Source of the DNA: an uncultured Verrucomicrobiae bacterium
GTDB taxonomy: Bacteria; Verrucomicrobiota; Verrucomicrobiia; Chthoniobacterales; UBA10450
Direction of reading: 5' to 3'
Assembly (NCBI GenBank): GCA_963801815.1
Contig: CAWDGJ010000006.1
Span: forward strand, 94,416 to 158,415
Length of the DNA stretch: 64,000 nt
In this document: in pieces, positions 29,122-41,876 of the stretch
Layout: each line of letters starts with the position of its first letter
How positions within the stretch are numbered: position 1 is the stretch's first letter
The notes under the pieces: generated by a model
Seen by the model: only the letters and a program-made list of their open reading frames with translations
Database searches by the model: none
Told to the model about the DNA's origin: nothing
Made by a program: the position numbers and the translations under genes

Positions 29122-29493
29122 ATGCACATTCGATGTCTTTTTCTCGCAACGATGGTGGTCGCGTTATCTTTCGGCGTTTCGCTGACACAAGCCCAAGATC
29201 CGGCAATTGTTAATGCCAAAACGATTCGGGTCAGGTTTGAGAACGATCGCGTTCGCGTCCTGGAAGCGACGTTACCGCCGGGCGTGAAGGAACAGGTGCA
29301 CTCGCATCCCGCCTACGTGATTTACGTTTTGGAAGGCGGTCCGTATCGCAACTACGCGTCCGACGGCAAGGTGACTGAAGGCGAGCTCAAGACGGGCGAC
29401 GTGTTATATCGCGAGCCGCTGACTCATGCTGCAGAGAACATTGGCGACAAACCTCTGCACATGATTCTGGTCGAGCTCAAAGGCACGAAGTGA
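29122..29493 (+). CDS. secreted cupin-domain protein
   Basis: ENDRVRV...PG...HSHP...H.AENIG. Confidence 0.8.
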   Translation: MHIRCLFLATMVVALSFGVSLTQAQDPAIVNAKTIRVRFENDRVRVLEATLPPGVKEQVHSHPAYVIYVLEGGPYRNYASDGKVTEGELKTGDVLYREPLTHAAENIGDKPLHMILVELKGTK

Positions 29494-29532
29494 CGAGGGA
29501 ATCGGCTCGTCCGTGAAGACGCGTGCGTTCCG

Positions 29533-29640
29533 GTCATCCTGAGCGGAGCGAAGGATCTCACACAAACCCGATTGATCACACAATCTAAACAGTGTGACGC
29601 TTGCTTCGACTGCGGGATTCCTCGCTTTGCTCGGAATGAC
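29533..29640. repeat. GTCATYCYGAGC...GCTCGGAATGAC inverted-repeat element
   Basis: Imperfect inverted ends of about 27 bp; half-copy at 32477-32504. Confidence 0.7.
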
Positions 29641-29803
29641 AATAAGAGATTTCTCGTTGTCGATCTTTTGATCGAGGCGTACGTTCTTGTTGAACCGGAT
29701 CTGTCGGGGAAAATCCGAGCCGGACTGGCGGTTGGTTTCCTGCTTTGAAGCAAGTTGGGAAGCTGACAGCTTCCCCTGCAGCGAATCAATGGGAGGATCT
29801 ATT

Positions 29804-30793
29804 ATGAGCACTGCTGTCGCAGAAGAGAAAAAGACGAAAGTGAATCAGCTCGAGCAATTGAAGAAGTTCACCAAAGTCGTGGCCGATACGGCCGATTTTG
29901 AGTCGATCAAGGATTTCAAGCCCCAGGACGCGACCACAAACCCGAGTTTGGTTTACGCCGCCACCCAAAAACAACAATACGGCCAACTGATTGATAAGGT
30001 TTTGACGGATCGCAAAAGTTCCGGGTTAAACGGGCAGGCCCAGATCGAAGACATTTGCGATCATTTGCTGGTGCAATTCGGCACCGACATTCTCCAAATC
30101 GTGCCGGGACGCGTTTCCACCGAGACGGACGCGCGATTGTCCTACGACGTCGAGGGCTCGATTAAAAAGGCGCGGCAACTGATTAAGCTTTACGAGGAGA
30201 AAAAAATCCCGCGCGACCGAGTGTTGATCAAGATCGCGTCGACGTGGGAAGGACTTCTGGCCGCCGAACAACTGCAAAAGGAAGGGATTCGTTGCAATCT
30301 GACGCTGATGTTTTCATTGCCGCAAGCCGTGCGCGCGGCGGAAGCGAAAGTGCAGCTGATTTCGCCGTTCGTGGGCCGGATCTACGACTGGTACAAGGCC
30401 CACGAGAAGCGCGATTATAAAGGCCCGGAAGATCCGGGCGTGCAGTCGGTGACGGAGATCTACGCCTACTACAAGAAGTTTGGCATCTCGACTGAGGTGA
30501 TGGGCGCGAGCTTCCGGAATACCGGACAGATTCTCGAGCTGGCGGGTTGTGATTGCCTGACCATCAGCCCGGAATTGATGGAAGAACTTTCGAAATCTAA
30601 CGAGGCGGTGGATCGAAAATTGACGCCGGAGATGGCGAAGTCGGCCAAAATCGACAAGCTGGACCTCGATGAGAAAAAATTCCGGTGGATGCTGAATGAC
30701 AACGCGATGGCTTACGAAAAAACGGGCGAGGGGATCCGAAAGTTTGCTGCCGACGTGGTGAAGCTGGAAAAATTCGTGGCCAGCAAATTGTAA
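29804..30793 (+). CDS. tal: transaldolase
   Basis: [29 protein letters not shown] and ISPFVGRI motifs. Confidence 0.96.
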   Translation: MSTAVAEEKKTKVNQLEQLKKFTKVVADTADFESIKDFKPQDATTNPSLVYAATQKQQYGQLIDKVLTDRKSSGLNGQAQIEDICDHLLVQFGTDILQIVPGRVSTETDARLSYDVEGSIKKARQLIKLYEEKKIPRDRVLIKIASTWEGLLAAEQLQKEGIRCNLTLMFSLPQAVRAAEAKVQLISPFVGRIYDWYKAHEKRDYKGPEDPGVQSVTEIYAYYKKFGISTEVMGASFRNTGQILELAGCDCLTISPELMEELSKSNEAVDRKLTPEMAKSAKIDKLDLDEKKFRWMLNDNAMAYEKTGEGIRKFAADVVKLEKFVASKL

Positions 30794-30882
30794 GGTGGAT
30801 CGAGCGCTCCGTCGCTCGATGTTAAAATAATGTCGGCGGAGCCGAGTAGTTATAGCATCGCCCGCGGAGCGGCCGATCCACC
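30794..30882. repeat. REPIN-like element, copy 3
   Basis: Fills exactly the gap from the tal stop to the trmL ATG. Confidence 0.85.
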
Positions 30883-31350
30883 ATGTTCAATGTTGTTTTA
30901 GTCGAGCCGGAGATTCCACCGAACACGGGCAATGTCGGCCGGCTTTGTCTGGCCACAAAATCGACGTTGCACCTGGTTAAGCCGCTCGGGTTTTCACTGG
31001 ACGATCGACAACTGAAACGGGCGGGGTTGGATTATTGGGACGATGTCGATCTTAAGGTCTGGGATTCGTTGTCCGCGCTGATGGACTCGAATCGCGTGGA
31101 AAACCGCCATTTTTTCGTCACCACAAAGACCAAACAGGCCTGCTGGGACGTGAAATTCCAGCCCGGCGATTATCTGGTGTTTGGCCGGGAAACGAAGGGT
31201 TTACCAGAGAGCCTTCTCAAGGAGAACCAGGGTAACTGCATTACGATCCCGATGCATGGAACTCGGAGCTTGAACTTGGCCACGGCGGTTGCGATTGTTC
31301 TTTTTGAAGCAGTTCGCCAGCAACACTCTGGCAAAGACAGTGTTGAATAA
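30883..31350 (+). CDS. trmL: tRNA (cytidine(34)-2'-O)-methyltransferase
   Basis: EPEIPPNTGN, KRAGLDYW, FGRETKGLP and RSLNL motifs. Confidence 0.92.
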   Translation: MFNVVLVEPEIPPNTGNVGRLCLATKSTLHLVKPLGFSLDDRQLKRAGLDYWDDVDLKVWDSLSALMDSNRVENRHFFVTTKTKQACWDVKFQPGDYLVFGRETKGLPESLLKENQGNCITIPMHGTRSLNLATAVAIVLFEAVRQQHSGKDSVE

Positions 31351-31402
31351 GTCAGTATCCTACCATGTCTAATAAACCCAGGAGACAATATCTAACCATA
31401 CT

Positions 31403-32215
31403 ATGAAAACAGTTTTAGTTTTAACATGTTGTGTCGGGCTCGCAGCCTTGGCACTGGCGGATCAAAATCCAAATAAGAAGAAGGGCGGCGGCAACAACGC
31501 GCAGCCCCAACAGCAGCACGTTACGACCCAGCAAACCGGGAAGAAGTTCAAGACCACCACTGGCACAGGCACGCAGAACTTCCAACACCCGAACACGGTT
31601 GGAGGTTCGACGAAGTTTCACAAAAACGTGACCAATCAGTCGAATGTGACGAGCCCGGCCAGCAAGACCACGTTCAACAAGACGAAGAACGTCAACGTGA
31701 ACAAAAACCTCACGGTTAACAAAAACTTCAAGGTTCAGAAGTTCAATCTCGGAAACAATCCGAGTGGCAAGTACCAGGCGGTGAAGTTCAACCAGCATTA
31801 CCACATCGCCGGAGCGCAGAACTGGAAAGGCCAGAAGTACGCCGTGTTCGTTAATTATCATCCGATGTGGCAAAATCAGTGGTGGTGGAGTCACCATTAC
31901 AACCACATCTCGATTGTGTTTGGTGCGCCCTACTACTGGAACGCCGGCTATTGGTATCCCGCTTGGGGATATGATCCGGGCGCGTCGTATTATTTTGATG
32001 GACCGATCTACGCCTCGAATCCGGACATGGATCCGGGTCAGGTTGTTGCCAACGTGCAATCAGCGCTGCAACAGCAAGGCTACTATCAGGGCGATATCGA
32101 CGGAGTCCTTGGACCGCAAACGCGTGCCGCACTGGCGGAGTATCAATCCGCCCAAGGTATCGAACCGACTGGTGCGATTGATGAGCCGACCCTGGACACG
32201 CTCGGAATGTCGTAG
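31403..32215 (+). CDS. secreted protein with C-terminal peptidoglycan-binding domain
   Basis: VQSALQQQGYYQGDIDGVLGPQTRAALAEYQ. Confidence 0.85.
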   Translation: MKTVLVLTCCVGLAALALADQNPNKKKGGGNNAQPQQQHVTTQQTGKKFKTTTGTGTQNFQHPNTVGGSTKFHKNVTNQSNVTSPASKTTFNKTKNVNVNKNLTVNKNFKVQKFNLGNNPSGKYQAVKFNQHYHIAGAQNWKGQKYAVFVNYHPMWQNQWWWSHHYNHISIVFGAPYYWNAGYWYPAWGYDPGASYYFDGPIYASNPDMDPGQVVANVQSALQQQGYYQGDIDGVLGPQTRAALAEYQSAQGIEPTGAIDEPTLDTLGMS

Positions 32216-32236
32216 CCAAAGTTTAGTTTGATTGCG

Positions 32237-32268
32237 AAATCGCCGCGGAATTTTCCGCGGCGATTTTT
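32237..32268 (+). terminator. rho-independent terminator
   Basis: AAATCGCCGCGGAA / TTCCGCGGCGATTT stem plus T tail. Confidence 0.75.
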
Positions 32269-32301
32269 CTTGTACTGGAATTTCGCAAGGATTGGATCTG
32301 T

Positions 32302-32387
32302 GGTGAATCGAGCAGTCCCTTGCTCGATGCTATGATGGCGGCGAAGCCGCATTAGGCTAACATCGTCCGCGGAGCGGCCGATCCACC
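32302..32387. repeat. REPIN-like element, copy 4 (diverged)
   Basis: GGTGAATCGAGC...CCGCGGAGCGGCCGATCCACC. Confidence 0.75.
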
Positions 32388-32540
32388 TTGGACGCGGCGA
32401 TTTTCTTGGAATCGAATCTGACCACACAGCCCAATTGATCATGCGAATTACTATGTGTGATCCTCGCTTCGGTTGAGAGATTCCTCGCTTGCGCTCGGAA
32501 TGACAATGCTCCTTGCGCGATGGCGATCTTGGCGGAGTAA

Positions 32541-33221
32541 TTGTCCGTGCCGCAGCCACCGCAGCTGATCGCCCGTGATTTGTGTCAATCGTTCAAGATG
32601 GGTCCACGCCGGATTGAAGTCTTGCGGGGAATTTCGCTCGATGTCGCACAGGGCGAAATCATTTTCATTTGCGGCGCGTCCGGCGCCGGAAAGACCACGT
32701 TGCTTTACACGCTTGCGGGTTTGGAGCGGCCCGAAACCGGGACGGTTGAATTCGAAGGCCGCAATCTGTACAACGGCAGCTCAGGGTCGCAGGCGCGGTT
32801 TCGAAACAAGAAAATGGGTTTTGTGTTTCAGGGTTACTTCCTGCTGCCGGAATTGACCGCCCTGGAAAATGTCTCGCTGCCGGGAATGATTGGCCGGACG
32901 TCCGCAACAAAAGCGGCTGAGGAAAGTCTGGCGGCGGTTGGTCTGGCCGACCGAACCCAGCACTTGCCGGCGGAACTTTCCGGGGGCGAGCAACAACGCG
33001 TCGCAATTGCCCGCGCGTTGGTAAACGGGCCCGACATTATTTTTGCCGACGAGCCGACTGGCAATCTCGATTCGGCGACCGGCCAGGCGATTGTCGACCT
33101 TCTGATGAACCTCGCCCGCGAACGTAAAAAGAGCTTGCTGATCGTGACCCATGACACCGGCCTGGCCGCGCGCGGGGACCGCGAATTGCACATTAAAGAC
33201 GGCGTGCTTTTGAAGAGTTAA
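32541..33221 (+). CDS. ABC transporter ATP-binding protein (LolD-like)
   Basis: GASGAGKT, LSGGEQQRVAIARAL and ADEPTGNLD motifs. Confidence 0.9.
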   Translation: MSVPQPPQLIARDLCQSFKMGPRRIEVLRGISLDVAQGEIIFICGASGAGKTTLLYTLAGLERPETGTVEFEGRNLYNGSSGSQARFRNKKMGFVFQGYFLLPELTALENVSLPGMIGRTSATKAAEESLAAVGLADRTQHLPAELSGGEQQRVAIARALVNGPDIIFADEPTGNLDSATGQAIVDLLMNLARERKKSLLIVTHDTGLAARGDRELHIKDGVLLKS

Positions 33222-33335
33222 AAATCGTCACAACGTAAATCTGCAGACGTCATTCTTTGTAACAATTTAACGCCTTCACTTTTTTAACCTCCTACTTGCA
33301 TTGCGCGATGAAAGACGGAGATTTTTCCAGCGATT

Positions 33336-34316
33336 ATGAAAACCTCTAATGCTGGCGGGACGGTGATTGACCAACCTAAATCACGTGAAGCGGTGAAACC
33401 CGCGGTCGATAAAGGGACCGTATCGAAACCTGCCGCGAAGCAATCGAAGATTTATATCGACGGGAAGTTCTATTCGGAAGCGGACGCGAAGGTTTCCGTT
33501 TTCGACCACGGCTTGCTCTATGGAGACGGGATTTTTGAGGGCATTCGGTTTTATAATGGTCGCGTTTTCCGCCTGGAGGAACATCTCGAACGATTGTGGG
33601 ATTCCGCGCGCTCGATTTGCCTGCACATTCCGATGTCGCAGCGAGCAATGAGTGAGGCTCTGATCGAGACGATTCGACAGAACAATCTGCGCGACGGTTA
33701 CATTCGACTGATCGTGACTCGCGGTGTCGGCAATCTCGGTTTGAACCCGGAACAGTGTAAGACACCGAGCGTGATCATCATTACGGCGCAGATCGCGCTT
33801 TATCCGGAGGCGGTTTATAAAAACGGACTGAGTCTCGTGACATGCGCGACGCGGCGGACGAATCCGAGCGCGCTCAATCCCGCGGTAAAGTCGCTGAATT
33901 ACTTGAACAACGTGATGGCGCGGATCGAGGCCAACCAGGCGAACGCGGACGAAGGTTTGATGCTGAACGACGAAGGCAACGTCGCGGAGTGCACCGCCGA
34001 TAACGTCTTTATTATTAAGCGCGGCCAAATTTTCACGCCGCCGATTACCGCCGGGGCGCTGCGTGGAATTACGCGAGGGGTGGTGTTCGAGATCGCGGCT
34101 GAGACGGGAATCAAAGTGATTGAAGCGGATATCACCCGCCATGAAATGTTCGTCGCCGACGAAGCGTTTCTTACGGGTACGGCCGCCGAGATTATTCCGC
34201 TGGTCAAAGCGGATGGCCGGCCGATTGGGACTGGCAAGCCCGGCCCGATCACGGCGCGAATGATCTCGCGCTTCCGGGAAATAACGCGAGAAACAGGGAC
34301 GCCAATATACGCATAA
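33336..34316 (+). CDS. ilvE: branched-chain amino acid aminotransferase
   Basis: DHGLLYGDGIFEG, KSLNYLNN, LRGITR and GTAAEI motifs. Confidence 0.93.
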   Translation: MKTSNAGGTVIDQPKSREAVKPAVDKGTVSKPAAKQSKIYIDGKFYSEADAKVSVFDHGLLYGDGIFEGIRFYNGRVFRLEEHLERLWDSARSICLHIPMSQRAMSEALIETIRQNNLRDGYIRLIVTRGVGNLGLNPEQCKTPSVIIITAQIALYPEAVYKNGLSLVTCATRRTNPSALNPAVKSLNYLNNVMARIEANQANADEGLMLNDEGNVAECTADNVFIIKRGQIFTPPITAGALRGITRGVVFEIAAETGIKVIEADITRHEMFVADEAFLTGTAAEIIPLVKADGRPIGTGKPGPITARMISRFREITRETGTPIYA

Positions 34317-34431
34317 TGAAGGATCGATCGGCCTTCGCTAAAGTTAGGGCGTGACAGGTATCGGCGCGAAAGGTGCTCGACAAACGCGAAGCTTGAATGT
34401 TTTAAGCGTGTAACAGGTCTAAGTAGCAGAA

Positions 34432-34932
34432 ATGTTGTGCGACGTTTGTAAATGCAATGACGCTACGGTCTTCCTGACTCAGATCGTCGAAGGGAAGATG
34501 CAGAAGGTGAATCTATGCGACGCCTGTTCGAAAGAAAAAGGCGTGCAGGACCCGACTAGTTTCGCGCTGGCTGATTTGCTACTGGGAATTGGCTCGGCCG
34601 AAGAGATTGAAAAAGGCGCGTCGACGCAGAAGTGTCCAGTTTGCGGTTTTACTCAGGCCGATTTCAAAAAAACTGGCCGGCTCGGATGCAGTGCCTGCTA
34701 CGCCACCTTCACCGAGGCATTGAGCGCGTTGCTGAAGGCGATGCACAAAGGCACTTCGCACGTGGGCAAGGTGCCGCACCGCGCCCATCGCGCTGTCGAG
34801 TTGAGCGACCGGATGCGCAATCTCAACGAGAGTCTGCAAAAAGCCGTAGCGGAAGAAAATTACGAGACCGCGGCGTCACTCCGGGACCAGATCAAACAGA
34901 TCGAAAGCGAATCGACGAAGGTAAAGCCGTGA
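34432..34932 (+). CDS. mcsA: McsA protein-arginine kinase activator
   Basis: Four CxxC motifs, GRLGC, C-terminal UVR domain; upstream of mcsB. Confidence 0.88.
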   Translation: MLCDVCKCNDATVFLTQIVEGKMQKVNLCDACSKEKGVQDPTSFALADLLLGIGSAEEIEKGASTQKCPVCGFTQADFKKTGRLGCSACYATFTEALSALLKAMHKGTSHVGKVPHRAHRAVELSDRMRNLNESLQKAVAEENYETAASLRDQIKQIESESTKVKP

Positions 34933-36046
34933 AATTTTCGAACTTGATGTCGAACGCCGGAGAATGGCTCCGCGGTGAAGGACCGCATCATCAAATCGTC
35001 GTCAGCAGCCGGGTCCGGCTTGCTCGCAATTTGCGCACCCGCGCCTTTCCCGGTTGGGCGAAGAAAGCGGAACGCACCGCCATTTTAGAGTTGATCAAAC
35101 CGTGTGTCGAAAAACTTCCCGAGATGCAGGATTCATTTTCGGAATTCCTGCAGGACTTGTCCGCGTTGGAAAAGCAGGTCCTGGTTGAGCGTCACCTCAT
35201 CAGTCGCGAGCACGCGGCCAAGAGCGCCGGCAGCGCGGTCATCATGAACCGTCGCCAGACGCTTAGCATCATGATCAACGAGGAAGACCATCTGCGGATG
35301 CAATCAATGCGTTCGGGGTTGCAATTGAAACAGGCATTCAAGCTTCTCGATAAGATCGACACTGCGCTTGAACAGGAGCTCGAGTTTGCCTACGACCAAA
35401 AACTTGGATACCTGACCGCCTGCCCGACTAATGTCGGCACCGGCATGCGCGCGTCCGCGATGTTGCATTTGCCCGGACTCGTTTTGAGTGAGCTGATCAA
35501 TCAAGTCGTGCAGGCGGTCAGCAAAATTGGCCTGGCGGTGCGCGGCCTTTACGGCGAGGGCACCGAAGCGATGGGCAATCTGTTCCAGATTTCGAATCAA
35601 ACGACCCTCGGGGAAAAAGAAGACGACATCATCATCCGCCTGACCAAGGTGATCGAGACCATCATTCAAAAGGAGCACGACGCGCGACAGGTCTTGATTC
35701 AAAAAAAACCGAATACCTTGTGGGATCAGATTGGGCGAGCATACGGTGTGCTTACATATGCTCACGCCATGAGCTCGAAGGAAGCGCTCAACCTCCTGTC
35801 GATCATCAAGCTTGGGGTCGACCTGGGCGCCTTTCCGGAAGACAAGCGCCTGGCGATCGATGAATTATTCATCGACACCCAGCCGGCGCACCTCCAGCGC
35901 AGCTCCCAACAAAAGCTAAGCGCGGAAGAGCGCGACCATCTCCGTGCCCAAATTATTCGGACGCGTTTGAAAGTACTTCCGAAACCTGATATTAGTAAAC
36001 TGGCGAAGGAAGCGGGCAACGGCTCAACATCGACGCCGACTGAACA

Positions 36047-36050
<4 letters not shown>
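34929..36050 (+). CDS. mcsB: protein arginine kinase
   Basis: SSRVRLARN, NEEDHLR, CPTNVGTGMRAS and QISNQ.TLG motifs. Confidence 0.92.
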
Positions 36051-38515
<2,465 letters not shown>

Positions 38516-38533
38516 GGAAGCGGTACCTTGCTG

Positions 38534-39442
38534 TCAGGCCCGCGGGTGCGCGTCGGCGTAGGCGCTTTTTAAACGCTCAATCGTCACGTGGGTGTAAATC
38601 TGCGTTGTCGAAAGACTGGCGTGACCAAGCAGTGCCTGGACGCTGCGGAGATCTGCACCGCGATCAAGCAGGTGGGTCGCGAAGCTGTGACGAAGTTTGT
38701 GCGGACTGATCGAAATCGGAATTGATGTGTGCCGCAGATAACGTTTCAAAATGAGCCAGATCGAGTTGGGCGAAATTCGTTTTCGCAGTTTGTTAATGAA
38801 AAGCGGGCCGGAATGCACCCTTGCCGCCGAACGATATTTTTGTACGGCTTCCAGCGCCGGCGCGCCAACCGGGCAAACCCGTTCCTTCCGGCCCTTGCCA
38901 AAAACCCGCACCGACTCCGTGTAAAGATCGACGTCCGCCACGTCGAGCGCGGCCAGCTCGCTCAGACGCAGACCGCTACTGTAAAAAAGCTCCATCACAG
39001 CGACGTCGCGTAGCGGCATCCATTCCGGAGCGGCCCGCTCTTTTGGAACCTTCAGCGGCGCCGCCAATAGTTCGTCAATTTGTTGCCGGGTAAGGACGAG
39101 GGGCAATTTTCTTTCGAGCTTCGGGAGTTGGAGTTGGCGCAACGGGTCAATTCGCAGTTTCTTTCGATCAGTCAGAAATTTGTAGAATGCGTGAAGCGCG
39201 GAAAATTGGAGGCGGACATAAGAACGTGCCTGACCGCGTTTCACAATTGCGAATAGATAATCGCGAAAATCGTCGGTGGTACATTGTTTCCATGGCTTGG
39301 GATTGTGCGCGCGAAACGCAGCAAGCGCCTGCCGGTAGGCTTTCAATGTTCGCGGCGACGCATTACGCTCCACTGCGAGGTAGCGCAGGAATTCCTCGGC
39401 CAGCGGATCTTTCTTTGCCGAGCGGTCTCTTATTGTTGTCAT
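38534..39442 (-). CDS. xerC: tyrosine recombinase, XerC-type
   Basis: GLRLSEL, GKGRKER, HKLRHSFATH, LLGHASLSTTQIYTHV; no IntI-specific insertion. Confidence 0.8.
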   Translation of the reverse strand: MTTIRDRSAKKDPLAEEFLRYLAVERNASPRTLKAYRQALAAFRAHNPKPWKQCTTDDFRDYLFAIVKRGQARSYVRLQFSALHAFYKFLTDRKKLRIDPLRQLQLPKLERKLPLVLTRQQIDELLAAPLKVPKERAAPEWMPLRDVAVMELFYSSGLRLSELAALDVADVDLYTESVRVFGKGRKERVCPVGAPALEAVQKYRSAARVHSGPLFINKLRKRISPNSIWLILKRYLRHTSIPISISPHKLRHSFATHLLDRGADLRSVQALLGHASLSTTQIYTHVTIERLKSAYADAHPRA

Positions 39443-39443
39443 T

Positions 39444-39587
39444 AAACTCGAAAATTCGAAACTCGAATATCGAAACAATATCGAAATCGAAATTGTTAAA
39501 TTAGAGCAACTAACGGTTTAGAGATTTCTCTATTTAGTATTCGTGCTTGTTTCGGATTTCGATATTCGATTTTCGAATTTGGAATTT
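39444..39587. repeat. inverted pair of degenerate heptamer arrays (AAWNTCG)n / (CGANWTT)n
   Basis: AAACTCG AAAATTCG AAACTCG AATATCG ... CGGATTT CGATATT CGATTTT CGAATTT. Confidence 0.7.
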
Positions 39588-39592
39588 ATTCT

Positions 39593-40099
39593 TCAGAATT
39601 CCGGTTCAGGTTTCTCGATCACGTACCGGGTCTGGGCAGCATCGGCCCGTCCGCTTAACTGACTTTTGAAAATCGGCGGCGGATTGGTAGCGATGACTTC
39701 GAAACCTTTGACCACAAACTCGGGATATACCCGATTGCTTGCCGGTTCGTACACTTTCTCGCCGCTAAAATAGCCGGTGAGTTTGTATTCGTAATTGTTG
39801 TCCGACCCGAACTTCCACTCCTCGCGGTCCGGCGCGAGCTTTATCTTTTCGTTCAACATTACAAGCTGCGAAGTGCTCCACGGCTGGCCAGGTTTCCGGA
39901 CATAACCCCAAAACTTGAAGTCCGGTTTGAAATAACGACGACCAATGTAGTAATCGCCGGGTGTCTCCGCTGCGATCCGTTGCGCCATTTGGATCTTTGC
40001 GCTTTGGCTTGCCGTAGGCTCGGTCTGACAGCCGGAGCAAAGAAGAACCATCGCTGGAAGCAGAAGCCAGATTGCCCTTCCTGATCGCAAGCTCGACAT
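39593..40099 (-). CDS. hypothetical lipoprotein
   Basis: CSGC lipobox-like; 168-aa ORF. Confidence 0.75.
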   Translation of the reverse strand: MSSLRSGRAIWLLLPAMVLLCSGCQTEPTASQSAKIQMAQRIAAETPGDYYIGRRYFKPDFKFWGYVRKPGQPWSTSQLVMLNEKIKLAPDREEWKFGSDNNYEYKLTGYFSGEKVYEPASNRVYPEFVVKGFEVIATNPPPIFKSQLSGRADAAQTRYVIEKPEPEF

Positions 40100-40236
40100 T
40101 TTACAGGATCGACATCTACTCAGCTCCGGGCGCGGCGCAATCGCGGGTTTCTTTTTGCATGAGCCTTTCGCGTCCGTAACGTGAGGTCAGATGCCGGAAT
40201 TTGAAGTTTACGCCGCAGGTCTTGCCGATTTGGACA

Positions 40237-41034
40237 ATGCTCGTTCGATTCTTTAACGCGCTAGGGCGCCCACTTGTCCGTTTCGTTCAATATTTGGGCG
40301 AGGTCGTGATGCTGGGCGGGGACACGTTTCGCTCGCTCTTTACCCATCGATTGCGCTGGAAGTTATTTCTCAACCAAATCGTTGAAATCGGATTGCTGTC
40401 GCAACTGGTTGTCGTTATCACCGGCGGCTTTACTGGCGCGGTCTTTTCGGCCCAGACGTATTTTCAGTTTCACAAAATCGGAATGGGTTCCGCGGTTGGA
40501 GCCGTGGTTTCGGTTGCGCTCATGCGCGAGCTCGGACCGGTGCTGACTGCGCTGATGGTCACAGGGCGAGTCGGCGCCGCGATGTCCGCCGAAATCGGGA
40601 CGATGAAAGTGACCGAGCAGATCGACGCGCTCCGTGCTCTGGCGGTTTATCCGACCGATTACCTCGTCGTGCCGCGCGCCCTTGCGATGATGGTTTCGAT
40701 GCCATTGCTCGTCGCGGAGTGTATCGCGGTTGGAATCGGCGTTGGTTATTTGGTGGCGATCTTTTTGTTGGAAGTAAACGGCACTTATTACATGGCCAAC
40801 ATGGTGAAGTGGACGCGCAGTCGCGACATTATCATGGGCCTGTCGAAAGCGTTTTGCTTCGGTATTCTCATTGTTTTCATTAGTTGCCACAAAGGTCTGA
40901 CCGCGCGTGAAGGCGCCGTCGGAGTCGGCCGCGCGACCACTGAGGCCGTTGTAAATGCATCGCTCGCCGTGCTGATTTGTAACTTTTTCCTGACTATGAC
41001 CCTCAACGTGATCTACCCGGCCGGCTACCAATGA
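40237..41034 (+). CDS. mlaE: MlaE family ABC permease
   Basis: RELGPVLTAL, GRVGAA, EIGTMKVTEQIDAL and GVGRATT motifs. Confidence 0.9.
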   Translation: MLVRFFNALGRPLVRFVQYLGEVVMLGGDTFRSLFTHRLRWKLFLNQIVEIGLLSQLVVVITGGFTGAVFSAQTYFQFHKIGMGSAVGAVVSVALMRELGPVLTALMVTGRVGAAMSAEIGTMKVTEQIDALRALAVYPTDYLVVPRALAMMVSMPLLVAECIAVGIGVGYLVAIFLLEVNGTYYMANMVKWTRSRDIIMGLSKAFCFGILIVFISCHKGLTAREGAVGVGRATTEAVVNASLAVLICNFFLTMTLNVIYPAGYQ

Positions 41035-41789
41035 TGAACAACGGGTCGATGATCAGCGTCAAGGAGCTGACGAAACGCATCGGCGCGCAGGAAATTTTGC
41101 GCGGTGTCGATCTTGAGGTGCCGCGTGGAGAAACGCTCGCCATCATTGGACGAAGCGGCGGCGGGAAAAGCGTCTTGCTTAAGCACTTGATCGGCTTGAT
41201 GAAACCCGATGCGGGTGAAATTTGGATCGAGGGTCAAAACATTACCGGCATGAATGAGCGCCGGCTCGCGTCCATTCGCCAGAAGGTTGGCATCCTTTTT
41301 CAGGGTGCCGCGCTTTTCGATTCAATGACCGTCGCGGAAAACATCGCCTTTCCATTGCGTGAAGCCGGTGAGCGCGACTCAGAAGTTCTGCGAACAAGAG
41401 TAAGCGAAATGTTGGAAGTGATGGAACTGCGCGGCGAGGAAGAAAAAATGCCGGTGAATTTGAGCGGCGGAATGAAGAAACGCGTGGGCCTCGCGCGATC
41501 GATCATCCGCCACCCGTCCTGTATTCTTTATGATGAGCCGACCTCGGGCCTTGACCCGGTCGTGTCCGATTCCATCAATCGACTGATTCGGCGCCTGCAA
41601 CGGCGTTTTGGCGTGACGGCCATTGTGGTCACGCACGATATGAAGAACGCGTTCGACGTTGCGGACCGCATTGCATATTTGCACGAAGGGCGAATTCATT
41701 TTCATGGAACGCCGGACGAGTTGCGGCAGTCGAACGACAAAGTCCTTCAGGATTTTCTGCTTGGAAGGTCGGAGCCTATGGAGTTGTAG
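41031..41789 (+). CDS. mlaF: MlaF family ABC ATPase
   Basis: GRSGGGKS, LSGGMKKRVGLAR and YDEPTSGLDP motifs. Confidence 0.9.
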   Translation: MMNNGSMISVKELTKRIGAQEILRGVDLEVPRGETLAIIGRSGGGKSVLLKHLIGLMKPDAGEIWIEGQNITGMNERRLASIRQKVGILFQGAALFDSMTVAENIAFPLREAGERDSEVLRTRVSEMLEVMELRGEEEKMPVNLSGGMKKRVGLARSIIRHPSCILYDEPTSGLDPVVSDSINRLIRRLQRRFGVTAIVVTHDMKNAFDVADRIAYLHEGRIHFHGTPDELRQSNDKVLQDFLLGRSEPMEL

Positions 41790-41846
41790 AGGCGCTTGTG
41801 CCAAGCGTCTATTTATTCGTTCGGCGTTTGACACAAACGCCGCTAC
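41786..41846. repeat. GTAG-type REP doublet
   Basis: Inverted near-copy of 12491-12552; its GTAG contains the mlaF stop. Confidence 0.8.
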
Positions 41847-41876
41847 ACCAATGCTAAGGCTGACAATCCCACGCCA

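Noticed and set aside
34317..34431. Missing ctsR upstream of mcsA-mcsB-clpC
   Set aside because: mcsAB-clpC without ctsR is not unusual outside Firmicutes, and no operator could be supported.
38534..39442. Tyrosine recombinase between the two arrays as their integron integrase
   Set aside because: It has XerC-type length and motifs and lacks the extra IntI segment between GKG.K.R and the HxLRH box. It lies 9-12 kb from either array in a housekeeping context.
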